In this document: one piece after another, positions 1 through 10,414 of the stretch
Position numbering within the stretch: position 1 is the first letter of the stretch
Layout of the letters: each line of letters starts with the position of its first letter
From: an uncultured Bacteroidia bacterium
Lineage (GTDB): Bacteria > Bacteroidota > Bacteroidia > NS11-12g > UBA9320
Direction: 5' to 3'
DNA length: 64,000 nucleotides
Assembly: GCA_963924815.1 (NCBI GenBank)
Contig: CAWURO010000002.1
Location: 1,667 to 65,666 of the forward strand
Position numbers and translations under genes: made by a program
Notes under the pieces: model-generated
What the model was told of the DNA's origin: nothing
What the model saw: the letters and a program-made list of their open reading frames with translations, nothing else
Database searches by the model: none

Positions 1-1354
1 TGCTACTATCGCTGGGAAAGTTGTGCCAATGATGTGTGGTTCTGCATTTAAAAATAAAGGTGTGCAAGCGATGCTTGACATGGTTATGGAAATTCTTCCA
101 TCTCCTATGGATGTAGAAGCAATAGAAGGTATTAATCCTAAAACGGATGAGCCTACTTATAGAAAACCAAGTGCGGATGAGCCATTCGCTGCTTTAGCAT
201 TCAAAATAGCTACAGATCCTTTCGTGGGAAGACTTTGTTTTACAAGAGCATACAGTGGTGTATTAGAATCAGGTTCTTATGTGTTAAACACAAGAACAGA
301 TAAGAAAGAGCGTATTTCACGTATCTTTCAAATGCACGCAAACAAACAAAACCAAATAGAGCGATTACAAGCAGGTGATATTGCTGCTCTTATTGGGTTT
401 AAAGATATTAGAACAGGAGATACGCTTTGTGCTGAAAATGCACCTATCGTATTAGAATCTATGGATTTCCCAGATCCAGTTATCGGCGTTGCAATTGAGC
501 CTAAAACTCAAGGTGACATGGATAGATTAGGTATGGGTCTTGGTAAACTTGCTGAAGAGGATCCTACATTTGTTGTAAAGACTGATATAGAAACAGGTCA
601 AACGGTCATTTCTGGTATGGGAGAGCTGCACTTAGAAATTATAGTCGACCGTCTTAGACGTGAGTTTAAGGTGGAAGTAAATCAAGGAGCTCCTCAAGTA
701 GCATATAAGGAAACTATCACCAAAACAGTTACACATAGAGAGACGTATAAAAAACAATCTGGTGGACGTGGTAAATTCGCAGATATTCAGGTTGAAATAG
801 GTCCTGGAGATGAAGGAAAAGAAGGCTTAGAATTTGTAAATCAGATTGTTGGGGGTTCTATTCCTAGAGAGTTTATTCCGGCGGTAGAGAAAGGCTTTAA
901 AGAGGCTATGAAAAATGGTGCTCTTGCTGGATACGAAGTGCAGAACTTAAAAGTACGTCTATTTGACGGTTCTTTTCACGCTGTCGATTCAGATTCATTG
1001 TCTTTTGAAACGGCAGCTAAGTTTGCTTTTAGAGAAGCATCTAAGATTGCTGGCCCAGTTATACTTGAGCCAATCATGAAACTTGAAGTAATCACTCCAG
1101 AAGAAAACATGGGTGATGTTATTGGTGACCTTAACAGAAGAAGAGGTCAAATGCAAGGAATGAGTGAAAAAGGAGGTGCGCAAGTAGTAAAAGCATTGGT
1201 TCCATTATCTATGATGTTTGGATACGTTACGGATTTGAGAACTATTACATCAGGTAGAGCAACTTCTACAATGGAATTTAATAACTATGATATAGTTCCG
1301 GCAGGAATGTCAGCGGATATCATAGCTAAAGTAAAAGGAACACCTAAAGCATAA
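1..1354 (+). CDS. fusA: elongation factor G, C-terminal ~443 aa (5' end lies outside window)
   Basis: Domains III-V of EF-G are recognisable ([36 protein letters not shown]). It sits directly upstream of rpsJ, as in the str/S10 operons. Confidence 0.9.
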   Translation, partial: ATIAGKVVPMMCGSAFKNKGVQAMLDMVMEILPSPMDVEAIEGINPKTDEPTYRKPSADEPFAALAFKIATDPFVGRLCFTRAYSGVLESGSYVLNTRTDKKERISRIFQMHANKQNQIERLQAGDIAALIGFKDIRTGDTLCAENAPIVLESMDFPDPVIGVAIEPKTQGDMDRLGMGLGKLAEEDPTFVVKTDIETGQTVISGMGELHLEIIVDRLRREFKVEVNQGAPQVAYKETITKTVTHRETYKKQSGGRGKFADIQVEIGPGDEGKEGLEFVNQIVGGSIPREFIPAVEKGFKEAMKNGALAGYEVQNLKVRLFDGSFHAVDSDSLSFETAAKFAFREASKIAGPVILEPIMKLEVITPEENMGDVIGDLNRRRGQMQGMSEKGGAQVVKALVPLSMMFGYVTDLRTITSGRATSTMEFNNYDIVPAGMSADIIAKVKGTPKA

Positions 1355-1359
1355 TATAA

Positions 1360-1668
1360 ATGGTTAATCAAAAAATAAGAATTAAGCTTAAGTCTTACGA
1401 TCATAACTTGATCGACAAGTCTGCGGAGAAGATAGTTAAGTCTGTAAAGGCTACTGGTGCAATTGTAAGTGGTCCAATTCCATTGCCTACGCATAAGAAA
1501 ATATTTACAGTACTAAAATCTCCTCACGTTAACAAGAAAGCTAGAGAACAATTTAAATTATGTTCTTATAAAAGATTAATGGATATCTATAGCTCAAGTG
1601 CAAAAACGGTAGATGCGCTTATGAAGTTAGAGTTGCCAAGTGGTGTAGACGTAGAAATTAAAGTTTAA
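1360..1668 (+). CDS. rpsJ: 30S ribosomal protein S10
   Basis: 102 aa, [17 protein letters not shown]...; first gene after fusA. Confidence 0.95.
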   Translation: MVNQKIRIKLKSYDHNLIDKSAEKIVKSVKATGAIVSGPIPLPTHKKIFTVLKSPHVNKKAREQFKLCSYKRLMDIYSSSAKTVDALMKLELPSGVDVEIKV

Positions 1669-1672
1669 GGAC

Positions 1673-2290
1673 ATGTTAAGTGTTATAGGAAAAAAAGTGG
1701 GCATGACTGCCATATTTACCGAAAACGGTAAAAAAGAAGCTTGTACTGTAGTGTCTTGTGAGCCTAACTTTATCACGCAGATTAAATCTGAAGATAAAGA
1801 TGGTTACAGCTCTGTACAAATCGCTTCTATTGAGAAGAAAGAGAAGAGTTCAAATAAGCCTGAAATGGGTCACTTCGCGAAAGCAAATACTACTCCAAAG
1901 AGAGTTGTGTTAGAAGTGAGAGATTTTGATGGTGAAGCATTAGTAGGGAGTTCTTACGGTGTGGAGGTATTTGAAGAAGGTGAGTTTGTTGATGTAGTAG
2001 GTACTACCAAAGGAAAAGGATTTCAGGGTGTTGTTAAACGCCATGGTTTCTCTGGTGTAGGTGAAGCTACTCACGGTCAACATAACAGACTTAGAGCTCC
2101 AGGATCATTAGGTGCGGGGTCTACTCCATCTCGTGTATTTAAAGGGACTCGTATGGCTGGTCAAATGGGTAACGTGAGAGTAAAAATACAAAATTTAAAA
2201 GTGCTTAAAGTGGATACTGAAAACAATTTAGTTGTTATAGGTGGTGCACTTCCTGGTCATAAAGGTTCTTACGTAGTTATAGAGAAGTAA
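1673..2290 (+). CDS. rplC: 50S ribosomal protein L3
   Basis: MLSVIGKKVGMT start motif, 205 aa, operon position. Confidence 0.95.
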   Translation: MLSVIGKKVGMTAIFTENGKKEACTVVSCEPNFITQIKSEDKDGYSSVQIASIEKKEKSSNKPEMGHFAKANTTPKRVVLEVRDFDGEALVGSSYGVEVFEEGEFVDVVGTTKGKGFQGVVKRHGFSGVGEATHGQHNRLRAPGSLGAGSTPSRVFKGTRMAGQMGNVRVKIQNLKVLKVDTENNLVVIGGALPGHKGSYVVIEK

Positions 2291-2291
2291 A

Positions 2292-2918
2292 ATGAAAGTA
2301 AAGGTAATAAATACATCTGGTGTCGAGACAGGCAAAGAAGTAACACTTCCACAAGATATATTTGGTGTTGAACCAAATGATCACGCAATATACCTAGATG
2401 TAAAGCAATTTTTGGCTAATCAGAGACATGGTACGCATTCATCTACTGAAAAAGGTGACGTGAAAGGATCTACTCGAAAAATTAAAAAGCAAAAGGGTAC
2501 AGGTACTGCTAGAGCAGGTAGTATTAAATCTGGTGTTTTCGTTGGGGGTGGTCGTATGCACGGTCCAAGACCTAGAGATTACAGCTTTAAATTGAATAAG
2601 AAATTAAAGTTAGTAGCTAGAGCATCTGCTCTTTCTTACAAAGCTAAAGATAATGAGATTGTAGTTCTTGATGCTATCGAAATGGCAGCAGCTAAGACCA
2701 AAGGATATACTGAGTTCCTGACCAATCTTAAGTTAAATGATAAAAAGACATTATTATTATTACCAGAGTATAATAGCAATGTTTATTTATCAGCACGAAA
2801 TATTCCTAATGCGGTTGTTATGAAGGCTGATGATGTTAATACATACAACATTTTACATGCGAATAAAATAATAATGGTAGAGGGTTCAATTGATAAATTA
2901 ATAGCGACATTTAATTAA
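2292..2918 (+). CDS. rplD: 50S ribosomal protein L4
   Basis: 208 aa; follows L3 with a 1-nt spacer; conserved order. Confidence 0.9.
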   Translation: MKVKVINTSGVETGKEVTLPQDIFGVEPNDHAIYLDVKQFLANQRHGTHSSTEKGDVKGSTRKIKKQKGTGTARAGSIKSGVFVGGGRMHGPRPRDYSFKLNKKLKLVARASALSYKAKDNEIVVLDAIEMAAAKTKGYTEFLTNLKLNDKKTLLLLPEYNSNVYLSARNIPNAVVMKADDVNTYNILHANKIIMVEGSIDKLIATFN

Positions 2919-2919
2919 A

Positions 2920-3210
2920 ATGGCAGTACTAGTAAAACCATTGATAACCGAGAAAATGTCTTTGTTAGCAGAAAGCAAAGGACATTATGGATTTAGAGTA
3001 GCACTTACAGCTACTAAACCAGAGATTAAATCGGAGATAGAAAAAATGTACAACGTAGAAGTGACCAGTATTAGGACTCTAGTTGTTGCAGGTAAAAGAA
3101 AAACAAGATTCACTAAATCTGGGGTGTCTAACGGTAAAACATCTAACTATAAAAAAGCTATTGTTAGCTTGGCAGATGGTCAGAGTATAGATTTTTACGA
3201 AAATATTTAA
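2920..3210 (+). CDS. rplW: 50S ribosomal protein L23
   Basis: 96 aa; position between L4 and L2. Confidence 0.9.
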   Translation: MAVLVKPLITEKMSLLAESKGHYGFRVALTATKPEIKSEIEKMYNVEVTSIRTLVVAGKRKTRFTKSGVSNGKTSNYKKAIVSLADGQSIDFYENI

Positions 3211-3218
3211 ACTGAGAA

Positions 3219-4040
3219 ATGGGAATTAAGAGAATAAATCCAGTTACTCCAGGACAGCGATTCAAATTAGCTGTTACTTTTGAGGCATTAACTGCAAGTA
3301 AGCCAGAAAAAAGCTTACTAGCTCCGCTTAAAAAATCAGGTGGAAGAAATGACACTGGTAAAATGACGATGAGAAATCGTGGTGGAGGGCACAAAAGACG
3401 TTATCGTATAATCGATTTTAAAAGAAATAGACACGAGACTGCTGAAGTTTTGACCATTGAGTATGATCCAAATAGAACTGCTTTCATATCTTTGGTTCAA
3501 TATACAGATGGTGAGAAAAGATATATTATCGCACCAAAAGGTTTAAAGGTAGGTCAAAATATTTCTAGTGGTGCTGGTTCTACTCCAGATACAGGAAATG
3601 CTATGTTTCTTAAGGATATTCCTCTAGGAACTACTATTCACAATATTGAAATGCAACCAGGTAAGGGTGCTGAAATATGCAGAAGTGCTGGAACTAGTGC
3701 TACATTAGTAGCTAGAGATGGTAAATATGCAGTAATAAAATTGCCTTCAGGTGAAAGCAGAATGATATTAATTACTTGTTTAGCGACAATAGGTGAGGTT
3801 TCTAATGGAGATCATCAACTAGAAGTTTCTGGTAAAGCAGGTAGAAGCAGATGGTTAGGTAGAAGACCTAGAACTCGTCCTGCTGCGATGAATCCTGTAG
3901 ATCACCCTCAGGGTGGTGGCGAGGGTCGTTCAAAAGGTGGACAGGCCAGAAGTAGAAAAGGTATTATGTCTAAAGGTTTAAAAACAAGAAGTAAAAAGAA
4001 ATCATCTTCTAGATTAATTTTAGAGAAGAAAAAGAAATAA
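3219..4040 (+). CDS. rplB: 50S ribosomal protein L2
   Basis: 273 aa, GRNxxGxxTxRxRGGGHKRxYR motif and K-rich C-terminus. Confidence 0.95.
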   Translation: MGIKRINPVTPGQRFKLAVTFEALTASKPEKSLLAPLKKSGGRNDTGKMTMRNRGGGHKRRYRIIDFKRNRHETAEVLTIEYDPNRTAFISLVQYTDGEKRYIIAPKGLKVGQNISSGAGSTPDTGNAMFLKDIPLGTTIHNIEMQPGKGAEICRSAGTSATLVARDGKYAVIKLPSGESRMILITCLATIGEVSNGDHQLEVSGKAGRSRWLGRRPRTRPAAMNPVDHPQGGGEGRSKGGQARSRKGIMSKGLKTRSKKKSSSRLILEKKKK

Positions 4041-4043
4041 GAT

Positions 4044-4307
4044 ATGGCTAGATCATTAAAAAAAGGACCATTTGTTCACTATAAGCTTCAAAGAAAAGTG
4101 GACGTAATGAATGAAGGCGATAAGAAGACGGTAATCAAAACATGGAGCCGTGGTTCACTTATCACCCCAGATTTTGTAGGTCATACATTTGCCGTACATA
4201 ATGGTAATAAGTTTATCCCAGTGTATGTTACAGAAAATATGGTAGGACACAAATTAGGAGAATTTGCACCAACCAGAACATTTAAAGGTCATACAGCTAA
4301 GAAATAA
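4044..4307 (+). CDS. rpsS: 30S ribosomal protein S19
   Basis: [11 protein letters not shown]..., 87 aa. Confidence 0.95.
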   Translation: MARSLKKGPFVHYKLQRKVDVMNEGDKKTVIKTWSRGSLITPDFVGHTFAVHNGNKFIPVYVTENMVGHKLGEFAPTRTFKGHTAKK

Positions 4308-4309
4308 AG

Positions 4310-4690
4310 ATGGAAGCAATAGCAAAGTTAAATAATTGCCCTATGTCTCCTCGCAAGATGAGATTAGTAGTGGACCAAATTAGAGGTCAAAGAGTAGAAG
4401 TAGCTCTTAACGTCTTAAAGTACAGTCAAAAAAGAATCTATGCAGAGAAAGTAGAAAAACTACTTAAATCTGCCATAGCAAACTGGCAAGAGGTTAACGA
4501 TCTACGTGTTGATGAAGAAACAGGTCTGATCGTGAAAGAAGTTTTTGTAGATGGAGGTAGAATGCTTAAAAGAGTTCAACCTGCTCCACAAGGAAGAGCA
4601 CACCGTGTAAGAAAAAGATCTAATCACATCACTCTTAAAGTGGATACTGTGGCTAGTAACGTAGAATCAGAAGAACCAAAGTCAGAATAA
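4310..4690 (+). CDS. rplV: 50S ribosomal protein L22
   Basis: 126 aa; position between S19 and S3. Confidence 0.9.
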   Translation: MEAIAKLNNCPMSPRKMRLVVDQIRGQRVEVALNVLKYSQKRIYAEKVEKLLKSAIANWQEVNDLRVDEETGLIVKEVFVDGGRMLKRVQPAPQGRAHRVRKRSNHITLKVDTVASNVESEEPKSE

Positions 4691-4696
4691 TATAGA

Positions 4697-5473
4697 ATGG
4701 GACAAAAAGTAAATCCAATAGGACTTAGATTAGGTATCGTTAGAGGCTGGGAAAGCAACTGGTACGGTGGTAAAGAGTTTGGAGAAAAACTGGCGGAAGA
4801 CAATAAAATACGTAAGTATTTGAATGCTAGAATGCCTAGAGCAGGTATATCTAAGATTCTTATCGAACGTATGTTGAAAAGAGTTATCATAACCGTGCAC
4901 ACATCTAGACCAGGTATTGTAATCGGGAAAGGTGGTTCTGAGGTTGATAAACTAAAAGAAGAAATAAAAAAGCTTACTAAAAAAGATGTTCAAATAAACA
5001 TCTTCGAAGTAAAAAGACCTGAGATGGACGCTATGCTAGTAGGTCAGTCTATTGCTCAGCAAATAGAAGGTAGAGTTAATTTTAAAAGAGCTATTAAAAT
5101 GGCAATTGGGTCTACCATGAGAATGGGTGCTCAAGGAATCAAAGTAATGGTCTCTGGAAGATTAAATGGTGCAGAGATGGCACGTACACAGCAATTTAAA
5201 GAAGGAAGAATTCCTTTGCATACATTTAGAGCTGATATTGATTACGCATTATCTGAAGCACTTACCGTTTATGGTAAAATAGGAGTTAAGGTTTGGATAT
5301 TCAAAGAAGAAGTTTTTGGTAAGAGAGATCTATCTGTAAACATGGGAATGGGAGAGCCGAAACAGCGTGAAGCAAGAAGACCAGGCGGTAGAGATGATAG
5401 AAGACCAGGCGGCAGAGACGATAGAAGAGATAGAGGAAATAGAGACGGAAGAAGAACACCAAACAATAAATAA
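4697..5473 (+). CDS. rpsC: 30S ribosomal protein S3 with Arg/Asp-rich repetitive C-terminal tail
   Basis: [13 protein letters not shown]..., KH domain; the tail [27 protein letters not shown] is encoded by a 24-nt tandem repeat. Confidence 0.95.
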   Translation: MGQKVNPIGLRLGIVRGWESNWYGGKEFGEKLAEDNKIRKYLNARMPRAGISKILIERMLKRVIITVHTSRPGIVIGKGGSEVDKLKEEIKKLTKKDVQINIFEVKRPEMDAMLVGQSIAQQIEGRVNFKRAIKMAIGSTMRMGAQGIKVMVSGRLNGAEMARTQQFKEGRIPLHTFRADIDYALSEALTVYGKIGVKVWIFKEEVFGKRDLSVNMGMGEPKQREARRPGGRDDRRPGGRDDRRDRGNRDGRRTPNNK

Positions 5474-5478
5474 GAGTT

Positions 5479-5898
5479 ATGTTATCTCCAAAGAGAATTA
5501 AATATAGAAAACGTCAGAAAGGTAGAGTTAAAGGCCTTGCAGGTAGAGGACATCGTATTGAATTTGGTGATTTCGGATTGAAATCATTAGAGCCATCTTG
5601 GATTACTTCTAGACAAATAGAAGCAGCAAGGATTGCACTTAACCGTTACATGAAAAGAGAAGGTAAAGTATGGATTCGAATATTTCCAGATAAGCCCATC
5701 ACGAAAAAGCCAGCAGAGGTTAGGATGGGTAAAGGTAAAGGATCGCCAGAGTATTGGGTGGCTTGTATCAAACCAGGAACTATCATTTTTGAAGTAGACG
5801 GAGTAAGTGAAAATGTAGCTAAAGAGGCGATGAGACTTGCGGGTCAAAAGCTTCCTGTAGTTACCAAGTTTGTAGTTAGACCAGATTATAGTGCTTAA
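5479..5898 (+). CDS. rplP: 50S ribosomal protein L16
   Basis: [16 protein letters not shown]..., 139 aa. Confidence 0.95.
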   Translation: MLSPKRIKYRKRQKGRVKGLAGRGHRIEFGDFGLKSLEPSWITSRQIEAARIALNRYMKREGKVWIRIFPDKPITKKPAEVRMGKGKGSPEYWVACIKPGTIIFEVDGVSENVAKEAMRLAGQKLPVVTKFVVRPDYSA

Positions 5899-5902
5899 TT
5901 TT

Positions 5903-6106
5903 ATGCAGTATCAAGATATAAAAAAAATGACTGAGAAGGAGCTTCACCTTAACCTTAAGGATGAAAGAGCTCAACTTCAAAAAATGAAGTTTAGTCACGC
6001 CGTTTCACCAATCGAAAACCCTCATAAGATTAGAGTAGTTAGAAAAACTATTGCAAAATATCTTACAGAGATTAATAGTCGTAGACACGAAAATACAGTA
6101 GCTTAA
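5903..6106 (+). CDS. rpmC: 50S ribosomal protein L29
   Basis: MQYQDIKKMTEKELHLNLKDERAQL...; I prefer the ATG at 5903 because the track start at 5891 overlaps the L16 stop. Confidence 0.8.
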   Translation: MQYQDIKKMTEKELHLNLKDERAQLQKMKFSHAVSPIENPHKIRVVRKTIAKYLTEINSRRHENTVA

Positions 6107-6364
6107 GTGATGGAAAGAAATAGCAGAAAAGAAATAATAGGTGTGGTTAAGAGCAACAAGATGGAAAAGACCATTACTGTAGCTGTTGAAACTAAAATGA
6201 AGCACCCTAAGTATAAAAAGTTCGTAAAGTCAACTGCGAAGTTTAAGGCTCATGATGAGAAAAACGAGTGTAATGAAAATGACGTCGTTAGAATCATGGA
6301 GACTAGGCCTTTGAGTAAAGACAAACGTTGGAGATTGGTTGAAATTATAGAAAGAGCTAAATAA
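6107..6364 (+). CDS. rpsQ: 30S ribosomal protein S17
   Basis: GTG at 6107 or ATG at 6110; [20 protein letters not shown]; 85 aa. Confidence 0.9.
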   Translation: MMERNSRKEIIGVVKSNKMEKTITVAVETKMKHPKYKKFVKSTAKFKAHDEKNECNENDVVRIMETRPLSKDKRWRLVEIIERAK

Positions 6365-6365
6365 G

Positions 6366-6734
6366 ATGATACAACAAGAGTCAAGATTAAGAGTAGCAGA
6401 TAACAGTGGAGCTAAAGAAGTACTTTGTATTAGAGTACTAGGTGGTACCAAAAGAAGATATGCTTCTGTAGGAGATAAGATAGTAGTTACGGTAAAGTCT
6501 GCTATCCCTTCTGGAAATATGAAAAAAGGTACAGTATCGAAAGCCGTTGTAGTTAGAACTAGAAAGGAATTTAGACGTGCAGATGGTTCGTATATAAGGT
6601 TTGATGACAACTCATGTGTGCTATTAAATGCCGCGGATGAGCCAAGAGCCACACGTATTTTTGGCCCTGTGGCTAGAGAGCTTCGTGATCGTAAGTTTAT
6701 GAAAATAGTATCGTTAGCACCAGAAGTATTATAA
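6366..6734 (+). CDS. rplN: 50S ribosomal protein L14
   Basis: [27 protein letters not shown]..., 122 aa. Confidence 0.95.
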   Translation: MIQQESRLRVADNSGAKEVLCIRVLGGTKRRYASVGDKIVVTVKSAIPSGNMKKGTVSKAVVVRTRKEFRRADGSYIRFDDNSCVLLNAADEPRATRIFGPVARELRDRKFMKIVSLAPEVL

Positions 6735-6737
6735 GTT

Positions 6738-7076
6738 ATGAAACGTAAATTTAACAAAATACCTAAATTACACGTACGGAAGGGTGACACTGTTAAGGTT
6801 TTGTCAGGTGATGATAAAAACAAAACAGGTGAAATAAAAGTAATAAACCTTCAAGAGGGTACTGCTATTGTGGATGGTGTAAATATGGTGACCAAACATA
6901 GAAAGCCAGATGCTGAAAATCCAAACGGTTCGATTGTAAAATTAGAGGCCGCGATTAGAGTTAGCAAATTGCAATTAATGGTTGGAGGACAAACTACCCG
7001 TGTTGGTAAAAAGAGAAATGATGAAGGGAAACTTCAGCGATATTCAAAAAAGACAGGGGATTTTATAAAAAATTAG
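6738..7076 (+). CDS. rplX: 50S ribosomal protein L24
   Basis: KOW-like [19 protein letters not shown]; 112 aa. Confidence 0.9.
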   Translation: MKRKFNKIPKLHVRKGDTVKVLSGDDKNKTGEIKVINLQEGTAIVDGVNMVTKHRKPDAENPNGSIVKLEAAIRVSKLQLMVGGQTTRVGKKRNDEGKLQRYSKKTGDFIKN

Positions 7077-7077
7077 A

Positions 7078-7623
7078 ATGAAACCAAGATTAAGAGAAAA
7101 ATTCGAAAGCGAATTAGTAGCAAAGCTTAAAGAAAAGCATGGCTATAAAAACGTAATGCAAATACCAAGACTTACCAAGATTTGTTTGAATCAAGGTATT
7201 GGGGCAGGCGTTGCAGATAAGAAATTGGTGGATAATGCTGTTGAAGAGATGTCAATCATAGCTGGTCAAAAAGCTGTGCCTACAATGTCTAAAAAAGCAA
7301 TTTCTAATTTCAAATTGAGAGAAGAAATGGCCATTGGATGTAGAGTTACTCTAAGAGGTGACCGCATGTATGAGTTTTTGGATAGATTCGTTTCTATCTC
7401 TTTACCTCGTGTAAGAGATTTTAGAGGAATTAGTGATAAAGGATTTGATGGAAGAGGTAATTACTCTATGGGTGTTACTGAACAAATCATCTTCCCAGAG
7501 ATTGATATAGATAAAGTGTCAAAATTGAATGGTATGGACATTACATTCGTTACAACGGCGAAAACAGATGTTGAGTGCCATAGTTTATTAACAGAATTAG
7601 GATTACCATTCACAAAGAATTAA
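7078..7623 (+). CDS. rplE: 50S ribosomal protein L5
   Basis: 181 aa; conserved spc-operon position. Confidence 0.95.
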   Translation: MKPRLREKFESELVAKLKEKHGYKNVMQIPRLTKICLNQGIGAGVADKKLVDNAVEEMSIIAGQKAVPTMSKKAISNFKLREEMAIGCRVTLRGDRMYEFLDRFVSISLPRVRDFRGISDKGFDGRGNYSMGVTEQIIFPEIDIDKVSKLNGMDITFVTTAKTDVECHSLLTELGLPFTKN

Positions 7624-7629
7624 GATAAG

Positions 7630-7899
7630 ATGGCAAAAGAATCAATGAAAGCGAGACAGCGTAAACGTGAGCATACGGTAGCAACCTATGCTGACAAAAG
7701 AGCTGCGCTTAAAGAAGCTGGAGATTACGAAGGATTACAAAAATTACCTCGAAATGCATCTCCTACTAGATTGAGAAACAGATGTTCTGCAACAGGCAGA
7801 CCAAGAGGATACATGAGAGACTTTGGTATATCAAGGAATGTATTTAGAGAAATGGCTTCTAAAGGCCTAATCCCAGGAGTAACAAAAGCAAGTTGGTAA
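7630..7899 (+). CDS. rpsN: 30S ribosomal protein S14
   Basis: 89 aa, long (non-zinc) form; ends ...KASW. Confidence 0.9.
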   Translation: MAKESMKARQRKREHTVATYADKRAALKEAGDYEGLQKLPRNASPTRLRNRCSATGRPRGYMRDFGISRNVFREMASKGLIPGVTKASW

Positions 7900-7906
7900 T
7901 AAAAAG

Positions 7907-8314
7907 ATGAGTAAAATTACAGATCCAATAGCAGATTATCTTACAAGATTACGAAACGGTATAAAAGCTAATCATAGAATAGTTGACGTACCTGCTTCGA
8001 ATCTTAAAAAAGCGATAACTGAAGTACTATTTGACAAAGGGTATATCTTAAACTATAAGTTTGACGATACAGCTGGTCCTCAAGGTACGATAAAAATAGC
8101 ATTAAAGTATCACCCAACTACTAAGCTTTCTGCGATAAAAGAGTTAAAGAGAGTAAGTAAGCCAGGTTTGAGACAGTATAGAAGCGCGGAAGAACTTCCA
8201 AGAGTATTAAATGGTCTTGGTGTCGCAATTGTTTCTACTTCTAATGGTGTTATGACAGACAAAGAAGCGAGAGTGCAAAACGTAGGAGGAGAAGTATTAT
8301 GCTTTGTATCCTAA
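7907..8314 (+). CDS. rpsH: 30S ribosomal protein S8
   Basis: MSKITDPIADYLTRLRNG...; 135 aa. Confidence 0.9.
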   Translation: MSKITDPIADYLTRLRNGIKANHRIVDVPASNLKKAITEVLFDKGYILNYKFDDTAGPQGTIKIALKYHPTTKLSAIKELKRVSKPGLRQYRSAEELPRVLNGLGVAIVSTSNGVMTDKEARVQNVGGEVLCFVS

Positions 8315-8341
8315 AGTAAAGTATAAATAGAAAGAAGAAAG

Positions 8342-8890
8342 ATGTCACGTATAGGAAAAAACCCAATAGCAATACCAGCCGGAGTTGAAATAACGGTAGA
8401 CAATGGTGTAGTTACTGCAAAAGGACCTAAAGGGGTACTTACTCAACATTTTGAGTTGGTTAATGTAGAGGTAGAGGACGGTAATGTCGTTGTAAGTAGA
8501 AACGGTGAAAGCAAAGATGAAAAATCTAAGCACGGATTGTATCGTTCACTTATAAGCAATGTTATTGAAGGCGTTAGCAATGGTTTTAAAACCACACAAG
8601 AATTAGTTGGTGTTGGTTATAGAGCAACTGTTGAAGGTCAGTTATTAGAATTAAATTTGGGTTATTCACATACTATTTTTATGCAAATACCAGAGGAAGT
8701 AAGTGTAACTGCAGAAGTTTTAAAAGGTAAACCACCAGTAGTTATTTTCGAAAGTATGGACAAGCAACTTGTAGGACAGGTAGCGGCCAAATTAAGAAGC
8801 TTTAGACCACCTGAGCCTTATAAGGGTAAAGGGATCAAGTTTGCTGGTGAGGTTCTAAGAAGAAAAGCAGGTAAAACATCATCTAAATAG
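8342..8890 (+). CDS. rplF: 50S ribosomal protein L6
   Basis: [19 protein letters not shown]...; 182 aa. Confidence 0.9.
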   Translation: MSRIGKNPIAIPAGVEITVDNGVVTAKGPKGVLTQHFELVNVEVEDGNVVVSRNGESKDEKSKHGLYRSLISNVIEGVSNGFKTTQELVGVGYRATVEGQLLELNLGYSHTIFMQIPEEVSVTAEVLKGKPPVVIFESMDKQLVGQVAAKLRSFRPPEPYKGKGIKFAGEVLRRKAGKTSSK

Positions 8891-8904
8891 TAAAGGCAAG
8901 CATT

Positions 8905-9249
8905 ATGATTAAGAATAAGGCATTAAGAAGAGCCAAAATAAAAAGTAGAATACGAAGTAAGGTTAAAGGCACTGCCGAGTTACCAAGACTTTGTGTATTC
9001 AGAAGCAATAAAGCAATCTATGCTCAAATCATAGATGACACCAAAGGCGCAACTATATTAGCAAGTTCATCACAAGGATTAGATAAAGGACCTAAAACGG
9101 AGGTGGCCAAGTTAGTGGGTAAAGCACTAGCTGAAAAAGCGGTAGCTAATGGTATTACGAGTGTAAAATTTGATAGAAACGGGTATTTATACCACGGTAG
9201 AGTCAAAAATTTAGCAGAAGGAGCAAGAGAAGGCGGTTTAATTTTTTAA
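8905..9249 (+). CDS. rplR: 50S ribosomal protein L18
   Basis: 114 aa; position between L6 and S5. Confidence 0.9.
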   Translation: MIKNKALRRAKIKSRIRSKVKGTAELPRLCVFRSNKAIYAQIIDDTKGATILASSSQGLDKGPKTEVAKLVGKALAEKAVANGITSVKFDRNGYLYHGRVKNLAEGAREGGLIF

Positions 9250-9252
9250 GAA

Positions 9253-9771
9253 ATGGCAACACAGACATTAAAACAAGTAAAAACAACTGACTTAGAACTT
9301 AAGGAAACAGTTGTTAAAATAAATCGGGTAGCCAAAGTTACTAAAGGCGGTAGAACATTCAGCTTTAATGCGATTGTAGTAGTCGGCGATGGTAATGGTA
9401 TTGTTGGTCACGGTCTTGGTAAAGCAGGTGAGGTTATCGATGCTATTCAAAAAGGAATAGAGGATGCCAAAAAAAATCTGATAAAAGTTCCAATTATTAA
9501 TAGTTCTATTCCGCACGAACAGTACGGAAAATATTCTGGTGGTTTCGTTTTTATGAAACCTGCCGCTCATGGTACCGGTGTAATAGCGGGTGGTGCAATG
9601 CGTGCGGTTTTTGAAAGCGCGGGCGTACACGATGTGTTGGCTAAGTCTAAAGGCTCTTCAAATCCACACAACGTGGTAAAAGCTACTATCGACGCATTGT
9701 CAAAATTACGTGATGCGTATACTGTGGCAGAACAAAGAGGAGTAAGTTTAAATAAAGTATTTAACGGATAA
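9253..9771 (+). CDS. rpsE: 30S ribosomal protein S5
   Basis: [33 protein letters not shown]; 172 aa. Confidence 0.95.
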   Translation: MATQTLKQVKTTDLELKETVVKINRVAKVTKGGRTFSFNAIVVVGDGNGIVGHGLGKAGEVIDAIQKGIEDAKKNLIKVPIINSSIPHEQYGKYSGGFVFMKPAAHGTGVIAGGAMRAVFESAGVHDVLAKSKGSSNPHNVVKATIDALSKLRDAYTVAEQRGVSLNKVFNG

Positions 9772-9778
9772 TATTGAA

Positions 9779-9958
9779 ATGGGAAAGGTAAAGATAACTC
9801 AGGTAAAAAGTGCCATAAGAAGACCAGCAGATCAGAAAAGAACACTGATTGCCTTAGGGATTAAGAAGTTAAATAAAACGAGAGAAATGGAAGATTCACC
9901 AACGGTAATGGGGATGATTCGTAAAGTGGAGCATTTACTTAAAGTAGAAAAAGCGTAA
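9779..9958 (+). CDS. rpmD: 50S ribosomal protein L30 (59 aa; absent from the ORF track because it is under 60 aa)
   Basis: I translated it by hand: MGKVKITQVKSAIRRPADQKRTLIALGIKKLNKTREMEDSPTVMGMIRKVEHLLKVEKA. It fills the S5-L15 gap exactly. Confidence 0.75.
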   Translation: MGKVKITQVKSAIRRPADQKRTLIALGIKKLNKTREMEDSPTVMGMIRKVEHLLKVEKA

Positions 9959-9960
9959 TT

Positions 9961-10407
9961 ATGAATTTACATAGCTTGAAGCCGGCAGAAGGTTCGGTAA
10001 AAAACGGTAAAAGAATAGCGAGAGGTCAAGGATCTGGGAGAGGTGGAACTTCTACTAAAGGTCATAAAGGAGCTCAATCTAGAACAGGATATAGTAGGTC
10101 AGCTGGTTTTGAAGGTGGACAAATGCCGCTTCAAAGACGTGTACCTAAATTTGGTTTTAAAAATCCAACTAGAGTTGAATACGTAGGTATTAATCTAGAT
10201 AGATTGCAAGAATTTATTGACAAAACTAAGGCAACAGAAGTGACTACTGCGGGTTTAGTAGAAGCTAATTTTATTAAAAAAACAGAGATAGTTAAAATCT
10301 TAGGTAGAGGCGAATTAACTAGTAAAGTAGATGTTAAAGTGAATGCATTTACAAAAACTGCTAAAGCTGCTATAGAGAAAGCTGGAGGTTCAGCAGAGAC
10401 CATCTAA
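9961..10407 (+). CDS. rplO: 50S ribosomal protein L15
   Basis: 148 aa, Gly/Arg-rich N-terminus; precedes secY. Confidence 0.9.
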   Translation: MNLHSLKPAEGSVKNGKRIARGQGSGRGGTSTKGHKGAQSRTGYSRSAGFEGGQMPLQRRVPKFGFKNPTRVEYVGINLDRLQEFIDKTKATEVTTAGLVEANFIKKTEIVKILGRGELTSKVDVKVNAFTKTAKAAIEKAGGSAETI

Positions 10408-10414
10408 TATTTTT

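Noticed and set aside
3164-3394. Antisense/shadow ORFs from the six-frame track lying inside well-supported genes (e.g. 3164-3394, 6230-6823, 9292-9630, 17173-17481, 22318-22536, 29687-29959, 35824-36129, 58186-58562)
   Set aside because: They lie entirely within, and opposite or out-of-frame to, strongly supported CDSs (ribosomal proteins, permease, CotH, oxidoreductase, rarA, TPR protein). Their translations are low-complexity with no motifs, so they are almost certainly non-coding frame shadows.
5375-5455. Possible CRISPR-like or minisatellite array
   Set aside because: Only 2-3 units of 24 nt with no spacers, all inside the rpsC reading frame. It is a coding tandem repeat, not CRISPR.
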